Shown: positions 45,510-54,620 of the stretch, one piece after another
Layout: the number at the start of each line of letters is the position of its first letter
How positions within the stretch are numbered: the stretch's first letter is position 1
NCBI GenBank assembly: GCA_018396755.1
Contig: JAGTQM010000005.1
Span: 23,620-87,619, forward strand
Reading direction: 5' to 3'
DNA from: Candidatus Bathyarchaeota archaeon
GTDB taxonomy: Archaea > Thermoproteota > CALKCG01 > B24
DNA length: 64,000 bases
Translations under genes and position numbers: made by a program
Notes under the pieces: generated by a model
The model's input: the letters and a program-made list of their open reading frames with translations, nothing else
Databases searched by the model: none
What the model was told of the DNA's origin: nothing

Positions 45510-45529
45510 ATCCCGCCCGGAGCATTTCA
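45510..45529 (+). repeat. Duplicate of the tRNA-Glu 3' end (att-like direct repeat)
   Basis: atcccgcccggagcaTttca matches 43650..43669 (atcccgcccggagcaCttca) at 19 of 20 positions, with 15 nt exact. Confidence 0.7.
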
Positions 45530-46456
45530 TTCAGGGAATGATTATATCCCAAAAATTTCAGACCAAGTTCGTAAAAATCTCAGTTTAAAAATGAGTAGAA
45601 AGCTTCAAAGCATTTTTATCTGGTTCTTTCAGCTAATGAAGCTAGAAATTCGCTTACAACTTCTGACTTTGAAGCCTTGATAGCGATTTTCTCTAGAAAC
45701 TTTCAGGTGCTTCAGTACCATAAAACCAAGCTATAATTTCTCCGGCTCTAGTTTTATCTCCTCTACAGGCTCTCACTATTTCTTTTATTTGTATTCCATA
45801 TGTCTCGTAAGTTTTTTCCAAAATATTAACCACTTATTTCAGCTCCTTTTCATAAGGGAAGAGGCATCCTTTATTTGGCTATTCCACGCTCGCAATATGC
45901 TAAAGCCTTCGGCTCAGTAACATTCACGCTTGAAGGTAAGCTGGTAGCAGTCCACTCTTCTTGAAAGATTAATCTCGGCTGCGTTTTAGGGGAAGAGGTT
46001 GCAGTAAAACTTCTGGAGAAATTGAATGTTCTGCTCACGAATCTTGGTAAGGCGAGAATGTGCTGCACAACGACCGTCGCAGCTGGTTCAAAACCGCATT
46101 TAGACATGGCTGAAAGAGCTAAGAAGAATATCGTGATAAATGGACGTGCCAACAGATGTGCATCTAAAGTTTTCGAGAACGCTGGGGAAAGAATTGACTA
46201 TGAAATAGTCATATCAAAGTATTTGAAGAAGGTTTCGACGCTTGACATCCATATGGACGATGTGAAGAAGATAGCTCAAATGATAATTGAAGAAGCTAAA
46301 CTCTAAGAAGAAAAATCGATTGGAATAATCCATAGCCCCCTTCAAAAACACTTGATCAGATCTTATATAATCGGCTTTTTTAGTAGACCGTAACCTGAAT
46401 CAATCGTCTAGCTTTCTGTTTCCTCTTCAATGCATCTATTTTAATGACGGGTTTCA

Positions 46457-47881
46457 TTAAAACGAGAGTAGAACTTGCCAGATGAATAGGTACCCGAAGG
46501 ATTCTATTTCTTCCCAGATTCTTTTGAGGATGCTTTCATCGCCGTAGATTCGCGGCAGTTCTTTGCGTTTCTCCTCCCATGGGATGCATACGCCTGGTTT
46601 AATTTTCGACTTCGGAATAGACTCTGAGGGGCCGGCTTCATCTAAATTCTCCTTCGAATACGACCGTTGCTCTAAGCCTTTAGATTGTCTTAGCGGATAT
46701 GCACCGTAACTGCGCGTGAAATCTGTCATAGCTTTGATATTTTCAACCTTAGCGTCGTTCTGTATTATGGCAGATGCATCCATGATATATCCTCCGTCTG
46801 AAGCTAAAACGTCGATCACCTTCTTACAGTAGCGGCTTACTTCCTCAGGCGTTCCAATGGAGAGTAGCCAGTTGGGTATTCCTCCGCTTATACAGAACTT
46901 ATCCTTCAACTTCCTACGCACCTCGTAAATGTCGCTTCTATCTACGTGGAAGACTATGCTACCTTCAGGCAACTCAGCGAAGCTGTCTAGATGCGGAGTC
47001 CAATCGCCCTCAGCGTAAAAGAGAACTTGATTGTCATGACGCCAAATCTCTTCAATGATGGGTTTCAGAGTACGCCAGTAGATGTTTTTAAAGTGGCTCA
47101 TGCTTATGAATGGTACGTAGCTCCTATGCATCCAGAAACCTATGGGCACTTTCTTCCCCGGATCCGCAGTCATAAGCGCAACCTTCGTCAAATGCGGGGC
47201 AAGCGCTTCACAAGCTTCAAACACCTTCTCAGGCTGTCTATGTAGATCCTTAACCAAACCGATATATCCACGTAGCTTATCAGCGATTATGTCGAGAGGT
47301 GCTTTAAGAATTCCAGCTATAGCCGATACTGTCCCAGTCTCTCTCCTCATCCTCTCCACTTGTAAAGCTGAAGCATTGAAGTAGTCGATCATAGCCATAG
47401 CGCCTTTCACAAGAGCAAGCCTACTCCGATACGGAGGCGCGGTCTCCGCTATTTCAGTTGAAACGCGTGGAAGCCAGACATTGTACAGAAAACCAGTCGG
47501 ATCATCTATAAGTAGATTGTACTCATCTGGCTTCATAAACGCCTTCTGCTCAGACGGCTCAAGATACTGGAATGGAGTATCAGGGGGAATATCAACACCG
47601 GGGACGGCGTAATACTTTAAGCCGAGAGCCTGAGTAAGACCAGTCCACACGTATACCATATTGGGAACCACAGCATCCCAATCGAAGTCTCTAGCACATT
47701 TAATCACGGCTTCAAAAGCCTTCCTATAATCATGCGTCACCTCTTGACAAGTGTAACCAGCATACTTCGCAGTGAATTCCGCAACAAACGGGCGGATTGG
47801 AATATGGTCGGGCTTTTCATTACGCATAGCAGTTAAATAACGCTTCAACCGCTCCTGGTAGAGATACACCTTCTCATTCAT
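46457..47881 (-). CDS. Uroporphyrinogen-decarboxylase (URO-D)-like family protein, long form
   Basis: 474 aa. The N-terminal ..RLKRYLTAMRNEKPDHIPIRPF..E....YAG.T and the overall layout resemble URO-D/MtaA-like TIM barrels. This assignment is by eye only. Confidence 0.55.
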   Translation of the reverse strand: MNEKVYLYQERLKRYLTAMRNEKPDHIPIRPFVAEFTAKYAGYTCQEVTHDYRKAFEAVIKCARDFDWDAVVPNMVYVWTGLTQALGLKYYAVPGVDIPPDTPFQYLEPSEQKAFMKPDEYNLLIDDPTGFLYNVWLPRVSTEIAETAPPYRSRLALVKGAMAMIDYFNASALQVERMRRETGTVSAIAGILKAPLDIIADKLRGYIGLVKDLHRQPEKVFEACEALAPHLTKVALMTADPGKKVPIGFWMHRSYVPFISMSHFKNIYWRTLKPIIEEIWRHDNQVLFYAEGDWTPHLDSFAELPEGSIVFHVDRSDIYEVRRKLKDKFCISGGIPNWLLSIGTPEEVSRYCKKVIDVLASDGGYIMDASAIIQNDAKVENIKAMTDFTRSYGAYPLRQSKGLEQRSYSKENLDEAGPSESIPKSKIKPGVCIPWEEKRKELPRIYGDESILKRIWEEIESFGYLFIWQVLLSF

Positions 47882-48010
47882 TTCATTCTACCCATAATTT
47901 CTAAAAATCCTTTACCGTTAAAAAGCTTTAACTCTAGGTAGTGTTCCTTACCATACAATAATACTACATTTTAGAGAGGAACCATTTCAAAATCCACTCC
48001 AATAGGTCTT

Positions 48011-48379
48011 TTAGAGGGCATCTAAGATTTTTACCCCCTCTTCTTCCATCGTCTTTATCCACTTTGAATCTTTGCACTCTTCAAACCTTCTCCTCGACAT
48101 TATATGTAGTTCAACCCTTGGAAGTTTAATGCCTTTCATCAAAGTTTTATAAACCTCGTTTTCACTGCTTTTCTCATCGTCGAATACGACGAAGATGTCG
48201 ATATCGCTTGCAACAGTATAATCCCCTCTAGCATATGAACCGAATAGTAGAACCTTACATAACCCTAAACGTTCACGGTTTTCCTCAACGCATCTACCGA
48301 TCTCTTTAACTATTTCTTCCCTACTAAATCTTGGAAAGGACACTTTCACAGAACTTGAATATTTTTTCAGCGTATTCAA
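48011..48379 (-). CDS. Minimal nucleotidyltransferase (MNT) of a HEPN-MNT module
   Basis: LLFGSYARGDYTVASDIDIFVVF (GSxxRG...SDxD). The true start is probably downstream of the track Met because of the overlap with the HEPN gene. Confidence 0.8.
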   Translation of the reverse strand: MNTLKKYSSSVKVSFPRFSREEIVKEIGRCVEENRERLGLCKVLLFGSYARGDYTVASDIDIFVVFDDEKSSENEVYKTLMKGIKLPRVELHIMSRRRFEECKDSKWIKTMEEEGVKILDAL

Positions 48380-48719
48380 TTAAACGTTCAGCCTCCCTTC
48401 GCGTATACCTCCTCCTAGGAGAAGAAGATGGATGCGCATTAGGATAACGCGCAGGTATATATGCTTTATCAAGCTCTAGAGCATAATCCAGCAATTCACT
48501 ACTAACTTCAAATCTACCGCTTAAGCTGGAGAGCAAATCGAAGACCAAATAACCCCAAGCTTCAGCTCCAAGCTTTTGAAGGACTGCTTTAACGGCTTTT
48601 TCAGCAGACTGCTGAGCTGAAAAACAAGCCCAATCATAAAAGCCGGACCTTAAATCGTTTTTCGCGTGTTCTAAATCACCCTCGGCCTGATCCATCCAGT
48701 CTTTACTTCTTTCAACCAT
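48324..48719 (-). CDS. HEPN-domain protein
   Basis: A..DL..A......G.YDWACF.AQQSAEKAVKA and KAYIPARYP are HEPN hallmarks. Confidence 0.8.
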   Translation of the reverse strand: MVERSKDWMDQAEGDLEHAKNDLRSGFYDWACFSAQQSAEKAVKAVLQKLGAEAWGYLVFDLLSSLSGRFEVSSELLDYALELDKAYIPARYPNAHPSSSPRRRYTRREAERLIEYAEKIFKFCESVLSKI

Positions 48720-48824
48720 AACATATCAATTATAGTAACAAATAAGGTATATTTAAAAACCATGTCAGAAATATTTGAAGAGCCAACTTGGAGAATCAAC
48801 CGTTGTAGGCTATGGTGTTTCCTC

Positions 48825-50189
48825 CTACTGTAGGTCTTTAAGCTCTTCTCGGAAGATTTTAAAGATTTTATCCTTCAATTCTTCAGGCATTGTTTTCGTC
48901 TGGTGGATTCCGAAGAACTTCTTCTTCAACTCTTTCTCCCTCTTCTCCGCCTCTTTTAGATAGGTTTTCTTGAACAGCTCCATTAGATCTCCTTCATACC
49001 CATTCCGATAGGCCATTAGAAAAGCTAGAAGCTGCTCATCTCTTCCAAGTCTTGAAGAATCATATCCATAGCCGCCTCTACCGCCGTTAAATAGACAGAA
49101 GAGCTCTCTATACTCCGATTCAAGCATATTGGTTGACATATCTAGCCTCCTCGGGTCGATGTCGTTAGCCAAAAAGAAGATGTACATTCGAGCACATTTA
49201 GAGCAGTTCCCACACCAACGTGACCTCCCAGGCTCAAGTAGATCCTCCCCACAGGACATCTGATATTTAGCTATCTCGGGATAGCGGTGGTGTAGAATCC
49301 TTATGACTGCTAATTCATGTAACGATTCAATTAGAGAACCGATGAAAAGCTTTTCCAAACCCAAGGTTTTAACGATTTCTCTAAATTTAAAAATCCATTC
49401 ACTACCCTGCTCGTAGACTGGATTACACCAGAAGCCTTCTCCATCGAAAAAGCCCTCATCGCAAGACTTCTCATTGCCGAAAAATAGGTACTTAGCATTC
49501 TCAGCATACGCTATCGGTAGGAGCATGAGACCGATTTGGCTCAACTGCAGCTCCCAACCATACCAACCTCTTTCTTTCAAGCTCTTATCAGGTTCTCGAA
49601 GAGCCCCCAATCCATTATCGATAAACAGCACCTCCTCCCCAAACTCCTCGAAGAATCTCTTAGAAAGTTTCTCCTTGAAGTAGTTCTCCCGTACGGTGAG
49701 AGGCTCTCTAACGTAAACAAGTACAGGCTTTACTCCAATCTCCCTACAGAGAGCGTAGGTAAGTAGACTATCCTTTCCAAAGGAGAATAGAAGAACAGCT
49801 AAATCTGCCAGATTTTCCTGACGTAGGATGTGTTCTGAAGCATCCTCTTCTTCAAAAAGATACTGAAATTCTGAGAATCTTCTAAGCAATTCCGATGTTT
49901 TCTGAAACTTCAGAAAAGCCGTCGCTGGTAGAGATAGTTTAAAGCCTTCCTCGATCAAGTCTTTCGCTGAGGGTTTAGGCATTTGATACTTGACAACATC
50001 TCTGCCTACTAGGAAAGGCAGGTGAATTGTTGATGCAAAAGTCAAGTTCTCCGCTAGAATTCTCTTAACAGGCTCCGGATACTTTTCAAAAAAACCCTTA
50101 GGAAAGACAGTTGAAAAAGATCTTCCATCGACATCTACCGAAATATGGTTTTCCCCTACTTGCACTTTAACAAGTATTGGTGAAGCCAT
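48825..50189 (-). CDS. Atypical PP-loop (adenine nucleotide alpha-hydrolase superfamily) protein with unassigned N- and C-terminal domains
   Basis: 454 aa. The central LLFSFGKDSLLTYAL is a variant of the SGGxDS PP-loop. Later come FGNEKS and the Cys cluster RWCGNCSKCARMY. The flanking ~130 aa and ~100 aa carry no motif I recognise. Confidence 0.55.
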   Translation of the reverse strand: MASPILVKVQVGENHISVDVDGRSFSTVFPKGFFEKYPEPVKRILAENLTFASTIHLPFLVGRDVVKYQMPKPSAKDLIEEGFKLSLPATAFLKFQKTSELLRRFSEFQYLFEEEDASEHILRQENLADLAVLLFSFGKDSLLTYALCREIGVKPVLVYVREPLTVRENYFKEKLSKRFFEEFGEEVLFIDNGLGALREPDKSLKERGWYGWELQLSQIGLMLLPIAYAENAKYLFFGNEKSCDEGFFDGEGFWCNPVYEQGSEWIFKFREIVKTLGLEKLFIGSLIESLHELAVIRILHHRYPEIAKYQMSCGEDLLEPGRSRWCGNCSKCARMYIFFLANDIDPRRLDMSTNMLESEYRELFCLFNGGRGGYGYDSSRLGRDEQLLAFLMAYRNGYEGDLMELFKKTYLKEAEKREKELKKKFFGIHQTKTMPEELKDKIFKIFREELKDLQ

Positions 50190-50195
50190 TAAAAA

Positions 50196-51173
50196 TTAAC
50201 CTGTAAATTTTTCATGTTCTAAAACTATTAACTTTTTCGCCTCTTTAAACAGGAGCGTATTGCCTCGATCACATGTAGTTGAATATGGAAAATCTACACT
50301 ATCTAAACACGTTGAATAATCTATTCTACGCTTTAAGCAAGCCGAGTAAACAGGCATATGCAGTATTCGCTTAATATCATCTTTAAGTTCGTAGCAGTTG
50401 CTGGTCCAAACGCCGTAGGTTCTATAGTAGGGCCGCAACCCATAGTAGAAAACTGGGTTTGCCTTCGCAGTTGCCCCTACAAGCCTTAGACATTTTGCTA
50501 TGACAAGTTTTACTCCGATTTCGCAGATTTTCTCGACGAGTACTTCTATGTCTGAGGGGGACTGGCCGGGGATTTCTCCGAAGCGTGGAATAATTGGATC
50601 TATTCGAATGGCAATGTTGAAACCAACGTCGATCAATTCCCTCACGGCTTCTATCCTCTCCATTGGAGGAGGCGCGTTCGGCTCGAAGAACTTTGAATCT
50701 AAGCTTATAATTGTCGTTTCTATCAAAGTCTTCTTAGAATCCATAGCCTCCAAATACTTCAGCTCTAAAAGCTTTGACGGGTTTTTAGTGACTACTATTA
50801 TTGGAAAACCGTTCTCCGTTAAAAGTTTAATTGCAAACAACGTATGCCTATATTTATCTTCCAACGGTTGAAGGGGATCACAGGAATTTGAAATACTCAC
50901 AGGTAGCTTATTTAATCCGATTTCAACGGCCTTCTCAATGTCTCTTTTAAGATTCTCTTCAAAGTTAGGTTTACATCTTGGCTTGTCGAAGCCACATATA
51001 TATGCTCTGGCGTAACAGTATACGCATTGGAAAACACATCCAGTATATACGTTAACTTCAAGTCTAAGAGGACATATTTTCGGCCGAAATGGATTGAATT
51101 TTTTTAACACTTTTGCATGCTTCTCATATTCCTGAATTATCTTTAAACTCCACACTACCAATCTAAATTTCAT
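50196..51173 (-). CDS. Radical SAM protein of the SplB/COG1533 ('DNA repair photolyase'-like) type
   Basis: YTGCVFQCVYCYARAY (CX3CX2C in the GC...C.YCY context); 325 aa. Its stop is 6 nt from the downstream PP-loop gene start. Confidence 0.75.
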   Translation of the reverse strand: MKFRLVVWSLKIIQEYEKHAKVLKKFNPFRPKICPLRLEVNVYTGCVFQCVYCYARAYICGFDKPRCKPNFEENLKRDIEKAVEIGLNKLPVSISNSCDPLQPLEDKYRHTLFAIKLLTENGFPIIVVTKNPSKLLELKYLEAMDSKKTLIETTIISLDSKFFEPNAPPPMERIEAVRELIDVGFNIAIRIDPIIPRFGEIPGQSPSDIEVLVEKICEIGVKLVIAKCLRLVGATAKANPVFYYGLRPYYRTYGVWTSNCYELKDDIKRILHMPVYSACLKRRIDYSTCLDSVDFPYSTTCDRGNTLLFKEAKKLIVLEHEKFTG

Positions 51174-51306
51174 CCCGCTACGGATAAAAGATTTCTCCAG
51201 TAAATACCACAGTAGTAATTTTGAGAGGTAGATTCATATGATGAGGGGGTTGGGGGAGAAAATAATTCTATAGCCTCGATTTTCACATCATCGCTTGTCA
51301 GCGTAT

Positions 51307-52071
51307 TTACTCTATTATTCGCCTAAAGCTTATCGATGCTAAAATAAACATTACCATATCGAATACTGCAATTGCAATTAAATCTCCTAAAAGGTTGGAG
51401 AAGTTCCCAGTAATTAGAAGCCCTCTTACAGCATCGACAACATAACTCAGCGGATTCACTATTGAAAATTCTCTTAAAATCGGCGGCATTAGTTGAACAG
51501 GGTATAAAGCATTGCTTGCGAAGAACAACGGCATGGTGATCGCTTGACCTATCCCCATAAACCTCTCCCTCGTCTTCATGAAAGAGGCTACGAGTATTGA
51601 TGCAGCGGCAAAACCGCCGGATGCGAAAAATATCACGACGAAAGCTAAGATTAAATACATCGGGTTGGGTAGGAATCTTACGCCGACTATAACCGCTACT
51701 GGGAGGATTATTAGGGCTTGGAAGATCGCTCTAACACCTGAAGCCATAGCCCTACCGACCACTATAGAGTATCTGGAGACTGGAGCTACGAGAAGCTTCT
51801 TAAGAATACCTGAGTCGCGCTCCCATACTATTGTCAACCCGTAGAATATACTTATGAAGGTCGTCGATTGAATTATAACGCCTGGTGTAATGAAATCTAT
51901 GTACGGTATGCCGCTCGTCGGTATAGCTCTGATGCTACTCATAACGTTGCCGTAGATGACTATCCATAGAATGGGTTGGACGGCTCTAGAGTATATCTCT
52001 GTTCTATCATGGCCTAGTCTTCTCAATTCAAGCTCAATCATAGCCAACATGTTTTTGAAAGTCGCCATCAT
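51307..52071 (-). CDS. ABC-2-type transporter permease
   Basis: 254 aa with six TM helices and the typical ABC-2 layout. It starts 1 nt after the ATPase gene. Confidence 0.8.
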   Translation of the reverse strand: MMATFKNMLAMIELELRRLGHDRTEIYSRAVQPILWIVIYGNVMSSIRAIPTSGIPYIDFITPGVIIQSTTFISIFYGLTIVWERDSGILKKLLVAPVSRYSIVVGRAMASGVRAIFQALIILPVAVIVGVRFLPNPMYLILAFVVIFFASGGFAAASILVASFMKTRERFMGIGQAITMPLFFASNALYPVQLMPPILREFSIVNPLSYVVDAVRGLLITGNFSNLLGDLIAIAVFDMVMFILASISFRRIIE

Positions 52072-52072
52072 A

Positions 52073-53074
52073 CTATCCCCTCCTAATCATATATCTTACC
52101 TGTCTAACGTCGCTTATCCTCCCCTTTTCCTCAAGCCTACCCCCAGTATATTTGAGGAAAACGTCGTCTAAAGTCGGTTTAGTTATAGAGATTCTGTTCA
52201 CGCTTAATGCTTTAGATTTTAGAAAATCTGTAATACATGGTAGAGAAGACTCTGCATCATCGACGAGGATATTTAGGTCTTTATTTTCCATAAAGACGCC
52301 TCTTACGAGTTTCAATCTACGGATCTCCTCTAAAAGCCAAGATTCAGATTGAAAGTTCTCTAGGGTAAACGATATTATCTCCCCACCTACAGAGTGTTTA
52401 AGCTCTTCACTCGTACCTCTTGCTACTACTTTCCCCTGATCTATTATGGCTATGTCGTCGGCATATAGGTCTGCTTCATCCATATAATGAGTATTGAAGA
52501 ATATGGTTACACCGTATTCTTTTTTAAAGAGGTTTAACTTCTCCCAGACTATTTTCCTTGCACCAGGGTCTAAACCTATAGTCGGCTCATCTAGAAACAT
52601 TATTTTAGGTTTAACAAGCATGGCGCAAGCTATTTCAAGCCTCCTCACCATACCGCCAGAGTATGTTCTAACAAGCTCTCCTTTAACATTGTTTAAACCC
52701 ATTATATCCAAAGCCTCATCTATCATCTTCTCCCTCTCTAAGCGGGGAATCCCGAAAATTTTGGCGTATATTAAGAGGTTTTCATATCCGCTGATATCAG
52801 TCCAGACACTCATCTCCTGAGGCACATAGCTAACCAGTTTTCTAACTTTACCGCCATCACGGGTCACGTTTAAACCGAAAACGTAGGCTTCACCAGTTGA
52901 AGGTTTAAGCTGCGTCGTTAGAATTCTCATAAGTGTAGTTTTGCCAGCACCATTTGGGCCAAGTAATGCAAAAGTTCCACTAGCTTCAACCGTTAGATCT
53001 ACACCGTCTAAAGCCTTCACTTTTCCATTATAAACCTTAACGAGATTTTTCGCTTGAACAGCAAAATCCACCAT
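52073..53074 (-). CDS. ABC transporter ATP-binding protein (DrrA/CcmA-like)
   Basis: Walker A GPNGAGKTT, signature YSGGMVRRLEIA, Walker B MFLDEPTIGLD. Confidence 0.9.
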   Translation of the reverse strand: MVDFAVQAKNLVKVYNGKVKALDGVDLTVEASGTFALLGPNGAGKTTLMRILTTQLKPSTGEAYVFGLNVTRDGGKVRKLVSYVPQEMSVWTDISGYENLLIYAKIFGIPRLEREKMIDEALDIMGLNNVKGELVRTYSGGMVRRLEIACAMLVKPKIMFLDEPTIGLDPGARKIVWEKLNLFKKEYGVTIFFNTHYMDEADLYADDIAIIDQGKVVARGTSEELKHSVGGEIISFTLENFQSESWLLEEIRRLKLVRGVFMENKDLNILVDDAESSLPCITDFLKSKALSVNRISITKPTLDDVFLKYTGGRLEEKGRISDVRQVRYMIRRG

Positions 53075-53215
53075 TTTCTCCTAGAAAAGACTAAAGATTA
53101 CACTAAAAAACTTTTGGAAAAAAGAAGATGCCTCTTATAGCCAAACGATGCGTTGAAATCTGACTTCAATGTGTGTCGGAAAGCCAAGTAGATTATGCAA
53201 TCGGAGATAAATTAA

Positions 53216-53452
53216 ATGTCTGAATTGATTCTTAAAGTGGGTAAGAGAGGCGAGATATATACAACTAGAGATGCCCGTAGGAAGGCTGGTATAAAGTCAG
53301 GAGGAATTGTAAAAGCCTTAGTGAGAAATGGCAAACTTATAGTGAAAGCCATACCGAGTATAGAGAGTTTGATAAAAGATTTGCCTCAATTCCTCTCCAC
53401 GATTAAAATCGGGTCCACGATTAAAATCGGGAGTCTCCTTGAGGTGATTTGA
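53216..53452 (+). CDS. AbrB/SpoVT-family antitoxin-like protein without an intact toxin partner
   Basis: LKVGKRGEIYTTRDARRKAGIKSGGIVKALVRNGKLIVKAIP. The following ATG, overlapping the stop, opens only a 19-codon ORF. Confidence 0.6.
   Translation: MSELILKVGKRGEIYTTRDARRKAGIKSGGIVKALVRNGKLIVKAIPSIESLIKDLPQFLSTIKIGSTIKIGSLLEVI
53396..53431 (+). repeat. Perfect 18-nt tandem duplication (2 copies) inside the 3' end of the AbrB-like gene
   Basis: tccacgattaaaatcggg occurs twice, at 53396-53413 and 53414-53431, and encodes STIKIG STIKIG. Confidence 0.95.
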
Positions 53453-53649
53453 TGAAAAGCTACATCAAATATTTCACAGTAAAGACAAGCCAAGCCCTAA
53501 AAGAGTGGTAAAATGGGATGATATAGTGAAAGAGTTAGTTTAGATTTCCCAAAATTTCAGAGTCTTACATTGGCCGAGTTATCCATCTAATACATTTAAC
53601 ATTAAAAACATTAATACTTAAATCTACGTAGGTTGAAAATAGCTTTAAC

Positions 53650-54600
53650 ATGACGTTTAAAGTCTCTCCGAAGGAGAATACTCTCTTAGCTATTGAATGG
53701 AAAGGACCTTGGTGGCTACCCTGCCCAATGTTCGACGAATCGGTTAAAACAGTTGAACCTGGTATAATAGAGCATAGAAGCGAAGGTGTAGACGATTGGA
53801 AGATTGTTTGGACTCTTAAAGACCCATTTTCAGATGGTTTCCCGGTTGGCCATCCAATCAATACGTTGGAAGACTTAGACAGGTATGATCCGCCTTCACC
53901 GTCTAAAAGTAGAATATTGGAGCCGATTTTTGACGGAGTTCGTAGAGTCGACCGTAAAGTTAGTCTGTTAGCTCTCGATCACGGCTGGGGAGTGTTCGAA
54001 AGGGCTTGGCTTCTCTTAGGCGGTATGCCTAAATTATTTCTATGGTCTAGATTATACCCTGACGCTGTAGATGAATTGATGGATATGGTTGTTGAAGTTA
54101 AACTTGAAGTCTTGGAGACTGTTCTAAAAGAGGTCGATTTCGATATTGTGCTTTACGGTGACGATTGGGGTATGGAGGATAGGCTTCTATTCTCACCCGA
54201 ATGGTGGAGGCGGTTTTTAAAACCTAGACATGAAAAGCTCTACCGAGCTGTTAAGAATACCGGGGCGTTCTGCTATCTACATAGCGATGGAAAAGTAGAG
54301 GTGTTGGTGCCAGAGTTGATAGATATGGGTGTCGACATATTGAACATACAACGTGAATGTAACGATTGGGCTAAAATACTTAGAGGTTTTCAAGGTAGGA
54401 TTACTCTATGGGGTGGAGTAAGTGCTAGAACTCTTGATAGAGGTACGACTAGTCAAGTTGCGGTAGAAGTCGAAGAATGTATTAAGCTCGGTAGAATGGG
54501 CGGTGTTATAATGGCTCCAGGACATGCTTTAAAATATAAGAGTGAGAATATAGAAGCTATGAGGAAGGTTTGGGAGGAAAAGAGGAAATACCGGGATTAG
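53650..54600 (+). CDS. Uroporphyrinogen-decarboxylase (URO-D)-like family protein, short form
   Basis: 316 aa. YGDDWGMEDRLLFSPEWWRRFLKP...YLHSDGKV..L...IDMGVDILN resembles URO-D/MtaA-type barrels. Confidence 0.6.
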   Translation: MTFKVSPKENTLLAIEWKGPWWLPCPMFDESVKTVEPGIIEHRSEGVDDWKIVWTLKDPFSDGFPVGHPINTLEDLDRYDPPSPSKSRILEPIFDGVRRVDRKVSLLALDHGWGVFERAWLLLGGMPKLFLWSRLYPDAVDELMDMVVEVKLEVLETVLKEVDFDIVLYGDDWGMEDRLLFSPEWWRRFLKPRHEKLYRAVKNTGAFCYLHSDGKVEVLVPELIDMGVDILNIQRECNDWAKILRGFQGRITLWGGVSARTLDRGTTSQVAVEVEECIKLGRMGGVIMAPGHALKYKSENIEAMRKVWEEKRKYRD

Positions 54601-54620
54601 GCTTCTCCAGAGATATTGAT

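Noticed and set aside
45871-46306. ORFs 45871..46152 (minus strand) and 46022..46306 (plus strand) as genes.
   Set aside because: The minus ORF is low-complexity. The plus frame (open from about 45963, ending ..DDVKKIAQMIIEEAKL) looks more protein-like but has no motif I can assign and no clear start. I left it unannotated as a possible gene fragment.
53396-53431. Possible CRISPR or minisatellite.
   Set aside because: There are only two contiguous copies, no spacers, and they lie inside a coding region. No CRISPR-like array occurs anywhere in the window.
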